Assembly (NCBI GenBank): GCA_028534125.1
Contig: CM052849.1
Location: 1,178,001-1,242,000 of the forward strand
Length of the DNA stretch: 64,000 bases
From: Lama glama
Taxonomy: Eukaryota
Direction of reading: 5' to 3'
The notes beneath the pieces were generated by a model, which saw only the letters and a list, made by a program, of their open reading frames with translations, was not told where the DNA came from and made no database searches. Within the stretch, counting starts at the first letter, position 1; the number at the start of each line of letters is the position of its first letter. The translations under genes and the position numbers were made by a program. Positions 42,900 to 57,539 of this stretch are shown piece after piece.

Positions 42900-45800
42900 A
42901 AAGAAGCTTCTGCACCAGAAAGGACACCGTGGACAAAATGAAAAGACGGCCTGTGGAACGGGAGACGGTATCTGCACCCCTGCGCCTGCGAGGGCTTCAC
43001 TTCCAGAGCGTGGCAACAGCTCAGTAACAAAAACCCAACCAAAAAATGGGCAGAGCACCTAAACCGAGACGTCTCCAAACAAGACATACAGGTGGCCAGT
43101 AGGCACGTGAAAAAACGCTCAGTATATCACTAATTATCAGAGAGATGCAAATCATAACTACAGATCACAACTACAGTCACCGCACACCAGGCGGGGATCA
43201 CACGCGTGGGTGAGCAGTGAGAATGAGCTGCACGCCGAGCACAGAGATGCGCTTGTGGGGAGGTGGAGCTCCGTGGTTAGAGCGCGAGCTGGGCATGGAC
43301 AGGGTCCTGGGTTCAAGCCCCAGTACCGCCTCTTTAAAATAAATAAATCTAGCTCTCCTCCCACCAAATAAATAAATGTGTTCCTTTAAAAAAAGAGAGA
43401 GAGATGCACTTTTATTTAAATAAGAGACCTGAGATGTAGAGAGTCACTGTCATCACGTGATTGCACATTTATGAAGCAGAACCTGACAGAATTCAGGGGG
43501 AAAGGCCCTAGGGGCTGGTCCAAGTCAAACGCTCTAGGTCATTTGCGGGGGCGGGGTGGTCAAGTAGAAAGGAGACCACAACACTGCGTAGCTTCCAGAA
43601 AGAGCCGACAGATGGAAGGGGAGGAGCGGAAGGCGTGCAGGCCAGACACGGCATAGAACAGTACAAACGATTCACACCCAGCAGAGCTGATTTCGGAGAC
43701 TTGGACAGGAAGCTTGTCAAATTGGCTCTAAAATGAAACTCAGTCAAATGCCATATGCAAGGTTCCGGCAACATGGCAAATCACACACCCTGAAAGTGGG
43801 AAATGCTACTTACTCTCCTGGGGAGAAAGTCTAAACCATGAGCTGACAAGAAAATGAGGTCTCTTTAGAGACTCAAAACAAAATGAAGTTTAAACTCTTA
43901 AAAAAAAAAAAAAAAGCTCCTCTTTCGATGACACAGGAGACAAAAAGACCAACCCAAGAGCCTGGAACCTCTGAGGGGTTTTGGGGAAGTGTGGTCCACG
44001 CTCGGGACAAGGGTTCCCGAAATGAAGCTGGTCTGAGAGCAGGCACCTCCCTGACATGAGTGTCTGATGCTCAGAGGTGACACTGACACTGACACTGACA
44101 GCTGTCCCCCAGACAAGGCGGTGTATCTGTCATGGCTGCTGTTCAGCTTGCGGCACTGGAGGGCCCAGCCAGTCAGGCTGTGAAAGGAAACAGCTTAAGA
44201 GCCTGGAGGAGAAATAAAGCTGGGAAGTGGCATTTGTGTGCATGAAAATCCAAAGTGACCTATGAATGTGTTCTGTGGTGGAGGTCCAGGGTAAAGGCTA
44301 ATATACAAAAGTCAGTCGTGCATGTGTGTATGTGTATCTCCCAACCCAAAAAACGAAATGGAAACAGTACCATTTACAACTGCATCCCACAGCATCAAAC
44401 ACCAGACGTAAATCTAATGAAAGATTCGCAAGAAATACTGAAAACTGCACAGACTTAGAGAAAGAACATCTAAACAAACAGTAAAGCATTCGCAGACTGG
44501 AAGACTCAACATTATACAGATGTTTGCTCTCCCCAAACTGATCTGTAGTTTCACTGCAAATGCCAATCAAAATCCCAGAAAGTTTTGGAGTGGAAATTGG
44601 CAAGTCTAAAATCTGTATGGGAACACAAAGGTCAAAATATAGCTATGTGGATCTTAAAGACCCACAAACCTGTGTATCAAGACTTGTCCTTAAACTACAG
44701 TAGTTTAGACAATGTGATGTGTTGGCTCAGGGGAGGACAAAGGGACAGTGGAGGAGGTGACATCCAGGGGACACACTGGCATACACGCAGATGCTGCAGG
44801 GCAGTCGGGGAAAGATGGTCTTTGCAATAATGGTATTGTATTGAGTACAGACAAATAACTTAATCATGACGGTCTGCCTCACACAAGACATAAAAATCAA
44901 CCCCAGGTGGACTGTTGAAGGTAAACTTTAAAAGCTTTTAAAAGAAAATTCAGAAGAGAATGTCTTGATGACCTCGGGATACACAAAGACTTCTTGAGCA
45001 GAACCAAAAAAGGCACTAATTATAAAGGGGAAAAAATTAACTTGGACTATATGAAAAGGCATGCCACAGACCTGGGAAGATATTTACAATGATATATATC
45101 TGTTCAAAGGACTTATATCCAGAATATACAAAGAACTACTAAAAATCAGACACAATTGAATAGAAAAATGAACAAAAGACCTGAACAAGCATTTCACAAA
45201 GGAGATTGTCCAAACAGCCAATAAACATAACAAAAGGTGTTCAACTTCATTAGTCATCAGGGAAATGCAGATTAAAACCACAGTGTGATACCTACCCACC
45301 CACATGTGTGCCTGAAATATAAAAAGTCAGATAACATCGAGTATTGGGAGGAAGTGGAGCACCCGGAACTCTGATGCTGCAGCTGGTGTGTCCGCTGCTC
45401 CAACCACTTTGGAAACTCAAGTGTCCGGGAAGGCCAAGCATCTCATCCCCAGCAGTTCCACTCCCACACGTGTACCCAGCAGAAGTACGAAATCCGTGCC
45501 CCAGAACACACGAACAGGGAGGTCCTGAAGTCACTACTCCTAACAAACAAAACCTGTAAATGACCAAAATGTCCCTGGATGAGAGGTCAATCACCGTGGT
45601 TGCTCATGCGGAAGAGAACCAGGCAGTAATGGAAATAAAGGAGCAAGTACAGCAGACAATGAGGTCGACCCCTCTGCTGCTTGGCTGGAGAGCCGGACAC
45701 AAAAGGTCCTCCCTGTGTGATGGCATCTGAAGTCCAGGAAGAGGCACACTTACTTGCTGGTATTTGAACCCAGGACAGTTTTGAAGGAGGGAGGCACTGG

Positions 45801-48450
45801 GAAGGAAGGGGGAACCGAGGCGCTGGCACCTTTCTTACTATATGAGAATTCACTGAGCCGCGCACACTGACCACTCCTGCGTCTTTCTGTGCTAAAAAAA
45901 AAATTACTAAGGTGTCACTTTTTTCATCATAAAGCCAAAATGGGTCTAAATGTATAAGGAAGAAATAATGCCAACATTACACAGAAAAGAGGGGAGCGAG
46001 CACTTCCCAGTTCATTTTTCACGAGGGCAGCAAAGCCCTGATATGAAGACAAGGATGTTCCAAGAAAATGAAACGATAGAGCAGTATCCCTCTAACGAAC
46101 ACAGATGCAGAAATCTTTAACTAAAAATGAGCAAGCTGAACTCGATGTACGAAAAGGACATCGTGACCGAGTGGGCCTCATCCCGGCAATGCAAGGTTGA
46201 CTTAAGATGCAGTTGGTGTCCTTCACATGAACAGACTTGAGAAGGAAAACCAAAAGACCATTTCAGGGGGAAGAAAAAGCACTGGACAAAATCCGACACC
46301 CATCCATAATGATTAAAAAAGAAAAGTCAGCAAACTAGAAATAAGAGGACACCTCGATCTGATAAACATCTCTAAGAAAAACTCACAGTTAACATCTTCG
46401 CGATGAAATACCAACGGTGTCCCCTCTAAGATCCCGAGCAAGATGAGGGTGCCCATTCTCACCACTTCTAATCAGCATTGTACTGGGTGTGGCCAGTGAT
46501 ACCCAGACTGGGAGGAAGGAGAGAGACTGCCCTGATTCACAGACGATAAGATTGTGTATAAAATCCCGAGGAAACTACAGAGAAGTTAAAAGAGCTAATA
46601 AGGGAGTAATTCAGCAATATCACAGTTTACACAGTCAGTGTAAGGCAATGGGTTATATCACTACGCACACAGAACAGTTGGAAAATAAAACAAGAAAAAC
46701 CTATACCACATGTAATAAGGCTCAGAACATAAAATCCCTAAGGATAAATTGAAAGACGCACTAGACCTCTGCACTAGAAACACACAACACTGAGAGAAAT
46801 TAACTTCGGAGAGAGACATGTCCTAGACGTTTCTCTACAAACTGATCTTTAAATTCAGTGTGATCCCAACCAAAATCCCAGGCTTTTTGTGGCAATTGAC
46901 AAGCCAAATGTAAAATGACCACAGAAATGCAAAAGATCCTCCCAGTACAAACCCTGCTAAGTCCCTGAATCCGCAGCAGAGCAGAGGCTGGGACTCGTTA
47001 GTAACCCACAAGTGGGGGACACTTCCCGCCCAAATCCAGGATCCATATAGGAAAGTGAGTTGTTGCCCAACATGTGGACGGCAAAAGAGCACCAGGAACA
47101 GAGTGGCACACCCGGGACTACTCTCGCCACAGATCTCAAAGCTCAAGTGCCTCCTGGAAAAGAGCTTTGAAAAAACTGAGGAACCCCTGCGAGCCTACAT
47201 GTTTAAGAGGAGCAAACAGTTTACAGCAAAGAAAATGCACCTGGCCCTAAGATACCAAAAATATTCTCAACTTTGGTCATAAATGTAACTGGAAGGCAGC
47301 TATGCTCACCACTGTACCACCAATGCCTTCTCATAAATGTAAATGAAAACTACCCTGAAGTCCTTTTTCCCCATCAGACGGACCACACACACCTTAGGCA
47401 ATGCTCTGGGGAGGGGGAGGGCCCCATGAGGGCGGGAATGCCACAGGGAAACCCAGAAATGACGGGGAATCTCACACTATCATGCGTGTGGTCACCCTTG
47501 CCTCACAGTCCCACTCTGAGGCTTGGAGCTCAAAGATCTCTGGCAAAATACAAAAAGACGTTTGCAAAAGGCTCCACGCGGAGGTAGCAGGGGACCGCCC
47601 CCATCACCATAGTGATGACTGGTGTATGACACGCCCACCCCTCAACGCTGCCTGGAGGAGGAGTTGCAAGACGCTCAAGAAGCCTCAGTGCGGCGGCGCT
47701 GTGCTGGCGGGAAAGGGGAGGGTGACTGTACACAGTTGAATTATTAAAGGAAAAAGAGTCCTGAAAAAAAAAATCAAGTGTTCGTCCAAGAGAATGGGGG
47801 CAACAGGGTCGAGGGCACGGAAAAAAAGCTAGGCTTCCCGAAGATATCTTGTTTTATGGATTGACTTTGTAATTATAAATTATAAAAATCAGAGAATACA
47901 ATGCGTAAAACTTGAAAGTGAAAAAAAAATCACACTCATTAGGATGGCTATTATTAAAAAAGAAAGAAAAAAGACAGAAAACAGCTAATGTCGTGGAGGA
48001 TGTCCAGACGCTGGATGACGCCTTACGGAAATTCCTTTTAAAAAATAAGCAGGATTATCATATAATCCAGCATTTCCACTTATGGATATATATATACCCC
48101 AAAAGAAGTAAATGCAGGGACTCATATTTCTACACCCATGTTCACTGCAGCATTATTCCGAAAAGTGGAAACAACCCAAATGCCCATCTATGGATGAATC
48201 CATAAGCAAAATGTTATAATGACCAGACAAACTAAATGTTTACACCAATGAAAAGTATCTAGAGTATGAGACTATCTTTATGACTTCCAGGCAAGAATGG
48301 ATTTTCTTAGGACACAACGCACAATTCTTAAATGTGATAAAACTGATACAAAGCCCATAAAGTTAACCCCAAAATGACTAAAGAACACGTAGAAATCAAC
48401 AAGAAATCTATTTCATAAAGGCCAGAGCAAAACCCCATGTACCTGTGCAC
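42900..48450 (+). mobile_element. Cluster of old LINE-1 fragments
   Basis: A-rich + strand with L1 ORF2 3'-end motifs (aaaatgggcagagcacctaaac; tcaacttcattagtcatcagggaaatgcagattaaaaccaca; ggaaacaacccaaatgcccatc); boundaries approximate. Confidence 0.8.
43257..43395 (+). mobile_element. Diverged tRNA-derived SINE (Vic-1-like) among L1 fragments
   Basis: gagctccgtggttagag...gggttcaagccccagtacc plus aaataaat tail. Confidence 0.75.
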
Positions 48451-49093
48451 CAGAGATACACCCAGAGCAAGTTCACCACGAAAAAGGTAAATAATGAAAG
48501 CAGAGCACCGTCTGCATCAAAGTGAAACTAGGTCCATCTCCCTTAAGCGGTACACTTCACCGAAAGACAACGATGCCCGCGAAGACCGAGGCGGTGAGCG
48601 CGCACGACGACGGGAGGGCGCCGGCGGCCCGGCACCGGGGAACGACGACAGGCGCCACGAGACCCAGAACCACCATGCGGACTTTCGCGGGGACCCGCCG
48701 GCCAGCGCCGCGGGCTCGGCTCGCCTCATCAGCGGGAGACCAGGCTTAGTAGCGATTCGGCCCCCTTCCGAGTGGGTGGCGGGGCTACGGGAGCCGAGGG
48801 TTCGGCAGCCTCTAGAGACCAAGGTCCGCTGGACGGGGGGCGTCGCCCACTGGGCCCGAGACACACCACACCCCCGCCCCGGCGTCTCGAGTCTCTCTCG
48901 CAGCCGCCCCTCCTCTCTTTCCCTCCGGCGTCTCCCACCTACCACCCCCGCGTCTCCCCGCCTCCACCAGCCCGACCTCTCCCCCGACCACCTCTTCTTC
49001 CCCTTCTCCCCTCTCCCCACAAATCTCCCCACGCCTGCGCCCAAAAAAACACGCGGGAGACTGGGTGCAGGCGGCCGCGGCCGGCGTGATGTG

Positions 49094-49298
49094 CTAGGCA
49101 GGCAGCAGTCCGCGCGGGCGCAGCTCCAGCAGCGGGGCCAGCGTGTAGCGCAGGCGGCGCAGGGCGGCGTCCGAGCCGGGGCGCGCGAGCCCGCGGCGGA
49201 GGGCGGACGGGTTCACCAGCGCCAGGTAGAGGAGCGGCAGTACCAGGACGCCCAGCGGGAGCAGCAGCAGCGTCTGCAGCGCGCCGAGCGCCCACAGC
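49094..49298 (-). CDS. TMEM191C: TMEM191C exon 10 (transmembrane segment, stop)
   Basis: LWALGALQTLLLLPLGVLVLPLLYLALVNP...RGLLPA*. Confidence 0.88.
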
Positions 49299-49393
49299 CT
49301 GCGGACCGAAGACGCACCGGCAGACGGGGCGTGACGGGGCACGGGACGCGCCCCAGACCCCAGGCCCACGCCCCGTGCCCGCCGCTGGCTCAC

Positions 49394-49434
49394 CTGATGG
49401 CTGTCGCTCCCGCGCCGCCGAACAGCCGGTTCTC
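49394..49434 (-). CDS. TMEM191C: TMEM191C exon 9
   Basis: ENRLFGGAGATAI|gtgag. Confidence 0.82.
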
Positions 49435-49632
49435 CTGCGGGGAAAGGGAGCGGCGTCCAACCCAGCGCGGAGGCTGGGGCATGACGCCGTTGGATCGGGG
49501 CCCGTGAAGGGGCGGGTTTCATCGGTGCGTGGCTCAGCGCGGCGTGGTACTATGGGGGCGTGGCCCGCGTGGTGGGTGGTCCCACGGGGCAGATCCCGGT
49601 GCCAGCCCGCCCCCGCCTAGGCCCGCGCTCAC

Positions 49633-49705
49633 GCAGTCCGCCTTGGCCACCTCCTCCATAAGCGACCCCGCGCAGTCTTGCCCCCGGCGAGGCTGTGAGT
49701 CGCAC
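49633..49705 (-). CDS. TMEM191C: TMEM191C exon 8
   Basis: CDSQPRRGQDCAGSLMEEVAKADC|gtgag. Confidence 0.85.
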
Positions 49706-49787
49706 CTGCACGGACAGACATCGGAATGGGCTCTCTGTCCGGCCCCCACATTCACCCCACCACACCCGGCAGTCCTAACCCCCTTAC

Positions 49788-49852
49788 GGCTCCGGGCCTC
49801 CCCGTGAGGCGTCCAGCGCAGCCGCCGCCTCCATCACCTTCCCCTGCAGCTC
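49788..49852 (-). CDS. TMEM191C: TMEM191C exon 7
   Basis: ELQGKVMEAAAALDASRGGPE|gtaag. Confidence 0.85.
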
Positions 49853-49996
49853 CTGGAAGAGGGGGAGTGAGGCCTCACACCGAGGAAGACCTCTCGGTGG
49901 GGCCGGGGCGGGCTGCCTCAGCTCCGGGGAGGAAATGGGTGGAGGCCCCAGTGGGGTCGGAGGTGAGCGGCTCTCCGAGCGGACGAGGGGCGGCAC

Positions 49997-50056
49997 CTGC
50001 AGGACTCCGCTCTGCTCCTGGAAGCTGGCCCAGGCCTCCTCCATTCGCCGTGCGCT
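49997..50056 (-). CDS. TMEM191C: TMEM191C exon 6
   Basis: SARRMEEAWASFQEQSGVLQ, AG/GT flanks. Confidence 0.85.
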
Positions 50057-50137
50057 CTGATGCGGGGAGCCCTGATTAGACTCATCCCTCTCCACCCTCC
50101 TGCACCTGCCCAGACCCGGCCTCGGCTCCGCCCGCAC

Positions 50138-50194
50138 CTGCCGCAGGGCCTCCGCCTGCATGACGTGCTTGGCCTCCACCAGCTCCAGTTGTTT
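50138..50194 (-). CDS. TMEM191C: TMEM191C exon 5
   Basis: KQLELVEAKHVMQAEALRQ; weak AAG acceptor. Confidence 0.78.
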
Positions 50195-50233
50195 CTTCCG
50201 GAGTATCCAGTGATGTCAGGAGCCCGGCACTCA

Positions 50234-51334
<1,101 letters not shown>

Positions 51335-52153
51335 TCAGAACCGCCGCACAAGTGCCACGGCCGGACCACGCAGGGCTAGTGGGTACTTACTCCTGAAGCA
51401 GGAAGGTGAGGCGGGCTTGTTCCCCGGCGCTGAGGGGGCACTGCCAACTGATCGTCTCTCTTGTGGAAAGGAGATCAGAATCTGTAACATATTCACGTCT
51501 TTTGACTTCTGGGCACTTATTCCTGGAAGAAAATTTTAAAAACCACAGTGCATTAAGTGGTTCATTGAAGTGGTTAGTTACAGTCATCACCAAAAGGAAA
51601 CAACAGTAATTATTTAAATACGGTATTCTAGTATTATGTGGCATGCAAAGACATGCTGATGTCTAGTGAAAAAAAGAATATGATTTAGCATTTATGCTAA
51701 AATAACTAAGATTGTAAAGTACATGGGCAAGATCTTTAAAGGAAACAAGAGAAAGACAAGCTATTTCATTGTTTGGTGAAATTGTAGGTAAACTTGTCCT
51801 TTTAAAAATCTACCTATCTTTGGCCGATTTCAATTATAAAGCTGGATGCAAAAATCCTAAATAATTAGCTAACCAAATCCAAAGGGGTATTAAAAAAAAA
51901 AAAGGTACATGGAAACCAGGCAGTTTCTTCCGAGACTGTTCAAACTCAGAAACTCGATGTCATTCACCACATGGACAAAAGAGACAGGACACCATCATTT
52001 CAGTTGTGCATTTCAACAGATGTGGAACACGTGGCTGAGCTCCACATCTGTGGATAGTTCAAAGAGGGAGAGTAAGGCACTCAAACCTGGTGAAGGCTAC
52101 CTGGTAAAGATGTACAGCAAGCATTACAGCAAGGAGGAAGTATAGCAGCCTTC

Positions 52154-52339
52154 CCTTTAAGGTTTTTTTTTTTTAATCTAAATTTTTTTCCTTAACTGTT
52201 TTTGGGGGGGTGTAATTAGGTTTGTTTGTTTGTTTGTTTGTTTATTAATGTAGGTACTGGGGATTGAACCCAGGACCTTCTGCATGCTAAGCACATGGTC
52301 TACCACTGAACTATACCCTCTCCCCTCCTTTAAGGTTTT
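52154..52339 (-). mobile_element. tRNA-derived SINE (Vic-1-like) with 13-bp target-site duplication
   Basis: A/B boxes on - strand; cctttaaggtttt at 52154-52166 and 52327-52339. Confidence 0.9.
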
Positions 52340-53109
52340 AAGAAAAGAGAATGACCCTCTGGCTAAAGGCTAACAGTGCTGGTGGACCTACAATGAAGCA
52401 GGAAGCAGAAATAGGAAAATCTGAAGAGTATGCAGATACAGTTGGTCTCCTACCCTAAAGCTACCTGCTCCTTTTCCTTCTTGCCAGAACAAGCCCCTTA
52501 GTGTTCTCCTTCCCAAAGGCTTGCTCTTGTCAGGTGCCAGGCCTGGCCTATCCTAGCCCCAGGTGTAAAGCAGGGCTTGGTCTAAAGCCACTATGGTGTT
52601 TGTCTTGCTGCCTCGTAGGATTCTGCCTGTGAAAGTCAGGAGAGGAAGTCCACTGGGTGGGAGTTTCTGGGAGGTCTGCCTCAATATAAAAAGATGGAGG
52701 GAGGGGATATTAGCTTTATTGCCTACCTGATTTGTCTGCATGTGATGGCTGCAACTGCTGCAGCCACCTTGTAAACACGAGGGTCCTAAAAGAGGAAGTC
52801 AAATAGCACACTCGCAGGTCTCTCATTTAAGGAGGGAAACTCCCATAGATTTTTCCCTCACCTCTCATGAGCCAGAACTAGGGCACACACTCATTCCTAA
52901 AGCAAATAGGAATGCAACCAAGACAAAGGTGGGTGTTGAGATTGGAAGAAACTGGGGTACCACTGTGCTGCCAGGCCAGCTGCCACCCTACCCACAGTCC
53001 TGGCTGCTGTTCCTGGTGCTCAGCCTGGGATGGTGGAGGCCTGGCCCGGGCAGGTAGGAGGAGGGGCAAATGTAAGTGCAAAGCTCCCCACAGTTCTGTG
53101 CCTTGAGGC

Positions 53110-53660
53110 TGGGCTCCAGCCTCTGTGCCTCAATTTCTTCACCTGTAAAGTGGGATTATTACCAGACTCTCCCTCGTAGGGCTGAGGCGGCCCATGGTTC
53201 GCATGGCTAGGGCACTGAGCACTGAGCCCGGCACCACCGCTGACTCCAGTGCTGGGCACTCCCTCTTCACTGCTGGATGTCCAGCCCTGGACCGTGGCAC
53301 TGAGCATCTGAGTCCCGAGTCCAGACTGAGATGTGGCCCCACAAAGAACCATCTCATTGATAATTTTTGTATCAATTACATATTGAAGTATTTTGAATAT
53401 ACTGGGCTGGATGAAACATTCAAATCCGTTTCACTCATTTCCTTTTACATTTTCCTGTGGCTCCTAGAGAGAGTATTTGCTGACAACTCTAGTGGAGGCA
53501 CTTTGATCAGTCATGTTGGGCAGCCCTGTGCCCTTGGAGTCCCCCACAGCCACTTTCCACTGCCTTGTCATGTCCCCACGACCCCCACCACTCATGCTGG
53601 GTAGGTATCATGATCCCATTTTATGGTTAGGGAAACTGAGGCTCAGCGATGACAGCTAGC
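53110..53660. mobile_element. MIR fragments flanking a possible MER3-like element
   Basis: tgtgcctcaatttcttcacctgtaaagtggg (about 53125), gggaaactgaggctcag (about 53630), AT-rich middle. Confidence 0.5.
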
Positions 53661-54794
53661 CAGGCAGGGGCAGCCTCCACCCTGTCTGAGTTGGAGGGAG
53701 AAGCTGGGCAACCCCTCTGGGGTTACTGCAGCTGTGGAGGATGAGCTGAGGGGCCCTTTGACCCCTCCCCACCCACTTGGTCCCCTAATGAAGCCTGGGG
53801 GCCAGGCCGGGTGTGGGCAACAGGAACCATGGAAACAGACCCCCTGGCTGCAGTGCCTCTGCCCTTTGCTCTCAGTGACCTGCCAGAAGCAGCTGCCTGT
53901 CTTCCCACTCGTACATCTCTGCCCCTCCCCCAGGACTCAGGTTCAAGGTCCTTCTCTCTATGGGCCCCACTCCCCCAAGCTGGGTAGGAGCCGCCTTCCA
54001 GGGTATCCACCAGGGCAACACCATGGGGGCGGGGGGACAGAGCACAGCCTAGGAAGGGCTCACCCACCACCCTGCACCGCCCTGCCCTAAACTTCTGTGT
54101 CCTTTGGTACTTTTGAAATTTTAGTTGATTATCAACAGCCCAGCATGTGTAGGCTACATTTTCCCCCAATATTTCTGAATGTTCAGGCTTTGTGAAATTT
54201 ATGAACTTGTGAACATTTTCAAACATATAAAACAGCTGAGAGAATTTTCAAGCAACCCCCATAACGCCAGTGCGCAGACTCCTCAGCTGCTGGCTGTGTG
54301 AGCGCCCTGCCTGGAGGGGCAGCTCTGCGAGTGCCACTGCCCGCGTCGCCAGGCCTGGGTGCGGGAGTTTCCCATTCTGTGCACAGTCTCATGAAAATAT
54401 CCATATGGGGTTAGGCGCTCGATAAATGTCCCAGTCAGAGACAGAACAATGATAAAATCTGTGCCTGTGGTGCAGAGCCCTGTTTTTTGGATTTGAAACA
54501 TTTTTTCCTGGATCACAGAAAACAGGTTTAAGTAAACTGAGAGGTGTCAAATAGCAACATAGGGTCCTGCACATGTGGGCCCTGCCCACCAGCCATCACT
54601 CTCCAGTCCAGACACCGCAAACCCGCCTCAGTCCATTAAACAGACCGCGTGCTTTCATGGCTCCAAACTCTGCATATGCTGTTGCCTACACATGCAGCAG
54701 TATCCCCTGAGCACTTGGTTTCTGGGGTCCTGTCTGACATGGCTCTCTGTGCACCTAACGGTTAGACATCCAGTCACTGGGACAGATAGATGAC

Positions 54795-54926
54795 GAGCTT
54801 TCTTTCTTTCTTTCTCTCTCTCTTTTTTTTTTAATGGAGGTACTGGGGATTGAACCCAGGACCTCATGCATGCTCAGCATGCGCTCTGCTACTGAGCTAT
54901 ACCCTCCCGCCACCAAGAGCTTTCTT
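54795..54926 (-). mobile_element. tRNA-derived SINE (Vic-1-like) with 10-bp target-site duplication
   Basis: A/B boxes on - strand; gagctttctt at 54795-54804 and 54917-54926. Confidence 0.9.
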
Positions 54927-57539
54927 ATTTGCTTCTTTTTGCAAACCTAGGGATGTTTTGTTTTTTCCCAGTCGACATCTGTTGCTTTGGTAAGAAAAAT
55001 AAATAGTTGTAATTGGAGGAAGAAGGATGCCGGGAAGGTGAAACTATTCCCCCAAATGATGGCATCTGGACAAGGAACCCTCAGCCCGACGGCGGCCATC
55101 CCAGCAGCAAGCGGAGACTCCCTGTTGGTCTCCAGCACAGGAGGGTCCAGTCTCAGGTGGCACTTTTGGAAGATGGGCCCCCGGCCACCTATGTGACCAG
55201 TGCCAACCAGCTCCCAGCTTGCCCTGTGGGGAGGCCCCGGGGCTCGCCTGAAGCCAGGCCCCCTGGACAGAGGTGAGGTGGCCCCCAATCCCCAGGGTTC
55301 ACCCAAAGGAGGCAGACCTTGGCCTCCTGGTTAAAGACCCTTGTCTGCACCGGGAGACGAGGGGAGAGAGCCAGCACTCCAGCTTTGCTTCCTCGAGTCA
55401 CAGACCCTCAGAGAAACAGCCACTTCTTGGTTTTCCCTGAGACACCTGCTGGCTGCAGTCCACCGGGTGACCCATGCTCTCCTTTCTGTCCCCATGGGCC
55501 CCGGGCTGTTCCCCACCTGCAGATCTCACCCAGGGTCCTGGGGTTCAGTCTCTCCAAACCCCACCTCAAGTGGGGACTCCCTGCCCATGCAGCCCCCTGG
55601 AGTCCCATCAGGGGCTCCTGACACCCCACACGGCCGCTATGGCCCATCAGTTAGTCCTGCCCCCTGAGCTGCTGCCCTGGAAACCTTGATGCCCCCTTGC
55701 ACCCTTTCTCCGGCCGGTGCCCACACCTGGGGCTCTTCCATCGCCCATCCCTGCCCTACCTGTCCCTCCACTTCCAAGCTTGTAAATGGAGATGTCACCT
55801 ACCCTGCCAGGACTGTCTCCAAGAGTAAGCAAGGTGCTATCTGCAGAGCACTCGAGACGTTACTGGTACACATACAGTAAGTGACACAGAAGTGCTTGCT
55901 AAATAGGTTTAAATACAAAACCAAGTCTCCAACTTCCGACCTCTTCGGACCAGGCCATTGCTCTGGACTGGATCATTGCAGCCCCCCAAATAGCCTACTC
56001 TCGCCCTGTATCCCCACAGCAGCCCAAGGACCAGCCCAGCTCCCAGGGCATAAATCCAAACCCCCACATGACCTCCCTGGCTGGGCACAGCCCGGAACCT
56101 GCCTCCTGCTGCTCCTCAGACACGCCTGCCACAGGGCCTTTCCACCTGCTCCTCCCCCTGCCTGGCCTCTCCCCTCAATTCCTTCAGGCCTCATCCCAAC
56201 CCCAGCGTCAGCTTCCCGGGGACACGCTCCCTGGCAACATCCCACCCTGAAACTCCCTCCTGGCAGTGTGGTTCCCAAGCTGCCGGGATGCATTTTCCAA
56301 CTGTCTCCATCACCTTCTCCACTGTGAAAGGAGCCTGGCTGGGACGGGGCCTCGCACATCGCCTCCTACCAGGGACAGAGGTGGTTGGCGGCTCCCTCAC
56401 GCTGCTCTTGAAGGCTGTGGTCTGCGTCCCTGACAGTGGACAGGCTTTGTGGGGACACGGGAAGTCCAGCTCTAAGAGCTCGTGCTGACAGCCCACTGGC
56501 ACGACAGAGAAGGGGGATTGGGGACAGCACTGCCCACTTCCCCAAGGCCCAGGGACCGCTGCCTGTAGAATCCCAACGTGGGCAGGTTCTAGGGCCCCCT
56601 GGCCAGGTCCGGTGTCTCCTGCGCTCAAGATGGAAACACTGTCATCTTCCCAACCCCTCCACAGTTACCACAGGCTCCTGGTGGCCACGAACCACTGCAC
56701 CATGCACCTCTGCTGCGGCCTGTGGCCAAGGCAGCATCAGTGTGGACATGTGATAAGAGACGTCATGGAAGGACGCACTTTGCAAAATGGCCCCCATGTT
56801 AAGTCCAGTTAACATCCTAAACCACAGGAACCAAAAAAACCTGCCCTGAGCAAACTCTGTAACGTCCCCAGGTGCCCCTTGAGGCAGGGGTGGCCTCTCG
56901 GAACCAGCAGCAGTAACATTCGATGGCACTGAGACCTTTAAGAACATGCCTGGCAACCCCGGGTTTGGGAAGGAGCCAGCCACCCGCTTCCTTTACATTT
57001 AAATTCAGAAAAGGTCCTTGCAGAAGGCCCATGGGAAACATTTCCCGAAGTACGCAGCTTCGGGACACCCCTCAGGCGTGAAGACGGGGCAGTCTCTGGC
57101 TCACTCTCCCTAGCCTTTCCTCTGCACCCTTCCCCTTTCCTTGGGACCGAGGGGGCTCTTTTCCTACCCCACCCCTTTTCTTGGCTCAAACCTCCCCCCC
57201 CCGCCCTTCACCCAGCACAGGACTGACAACCACCGGGGTCAGATAGTTTTTGGAAAGAGTAATGTTTTAAACAAAACACGTTAGGAAACAGTGGTACCTA
57301 CCACTCAAACCCCCCGTCCTTGACCTCCACCCACAGAATGACTCCCTGACCAGGCCTGACTTACTCAGCCGTGTGGGACACTGTCTCCTTCCCTCCATCC
57401 CACCTGCTAGGTGAGTTTGATGAAACCCACACACCTTAGGGAATTGTTGGATTGGTTCCAAGCAGCTTTTTAGGGCCTCATCCTGATAGGAACAAACTGC
57501 CAAGGTCACCCAGCATTTGAGGAAAGCATTTAAACTTAA

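Noticed and set aside
42900-48450. Protein-coding gene between PI4KA and TMEM191C
   Set aside because: Short ORFs translate as degenerate LINE-1 sequence on either strand
48494-49507. 337-aa + strand ORF over the TMEM191C 3' end
   Set aside because: R/P/G/A-rich translation typical of a stop-poor CpG island
50101-50110. Second CAG|GTGC donor in TMEM191C intron 5
   Set aside because: Would leave a 49-nt intron and cause a frameshift
52550-52800. Possible LTR16/ERVL-like remnant
   Set aside because: Only a short motif resemblance; boundaries cannot be supported without a repeat search
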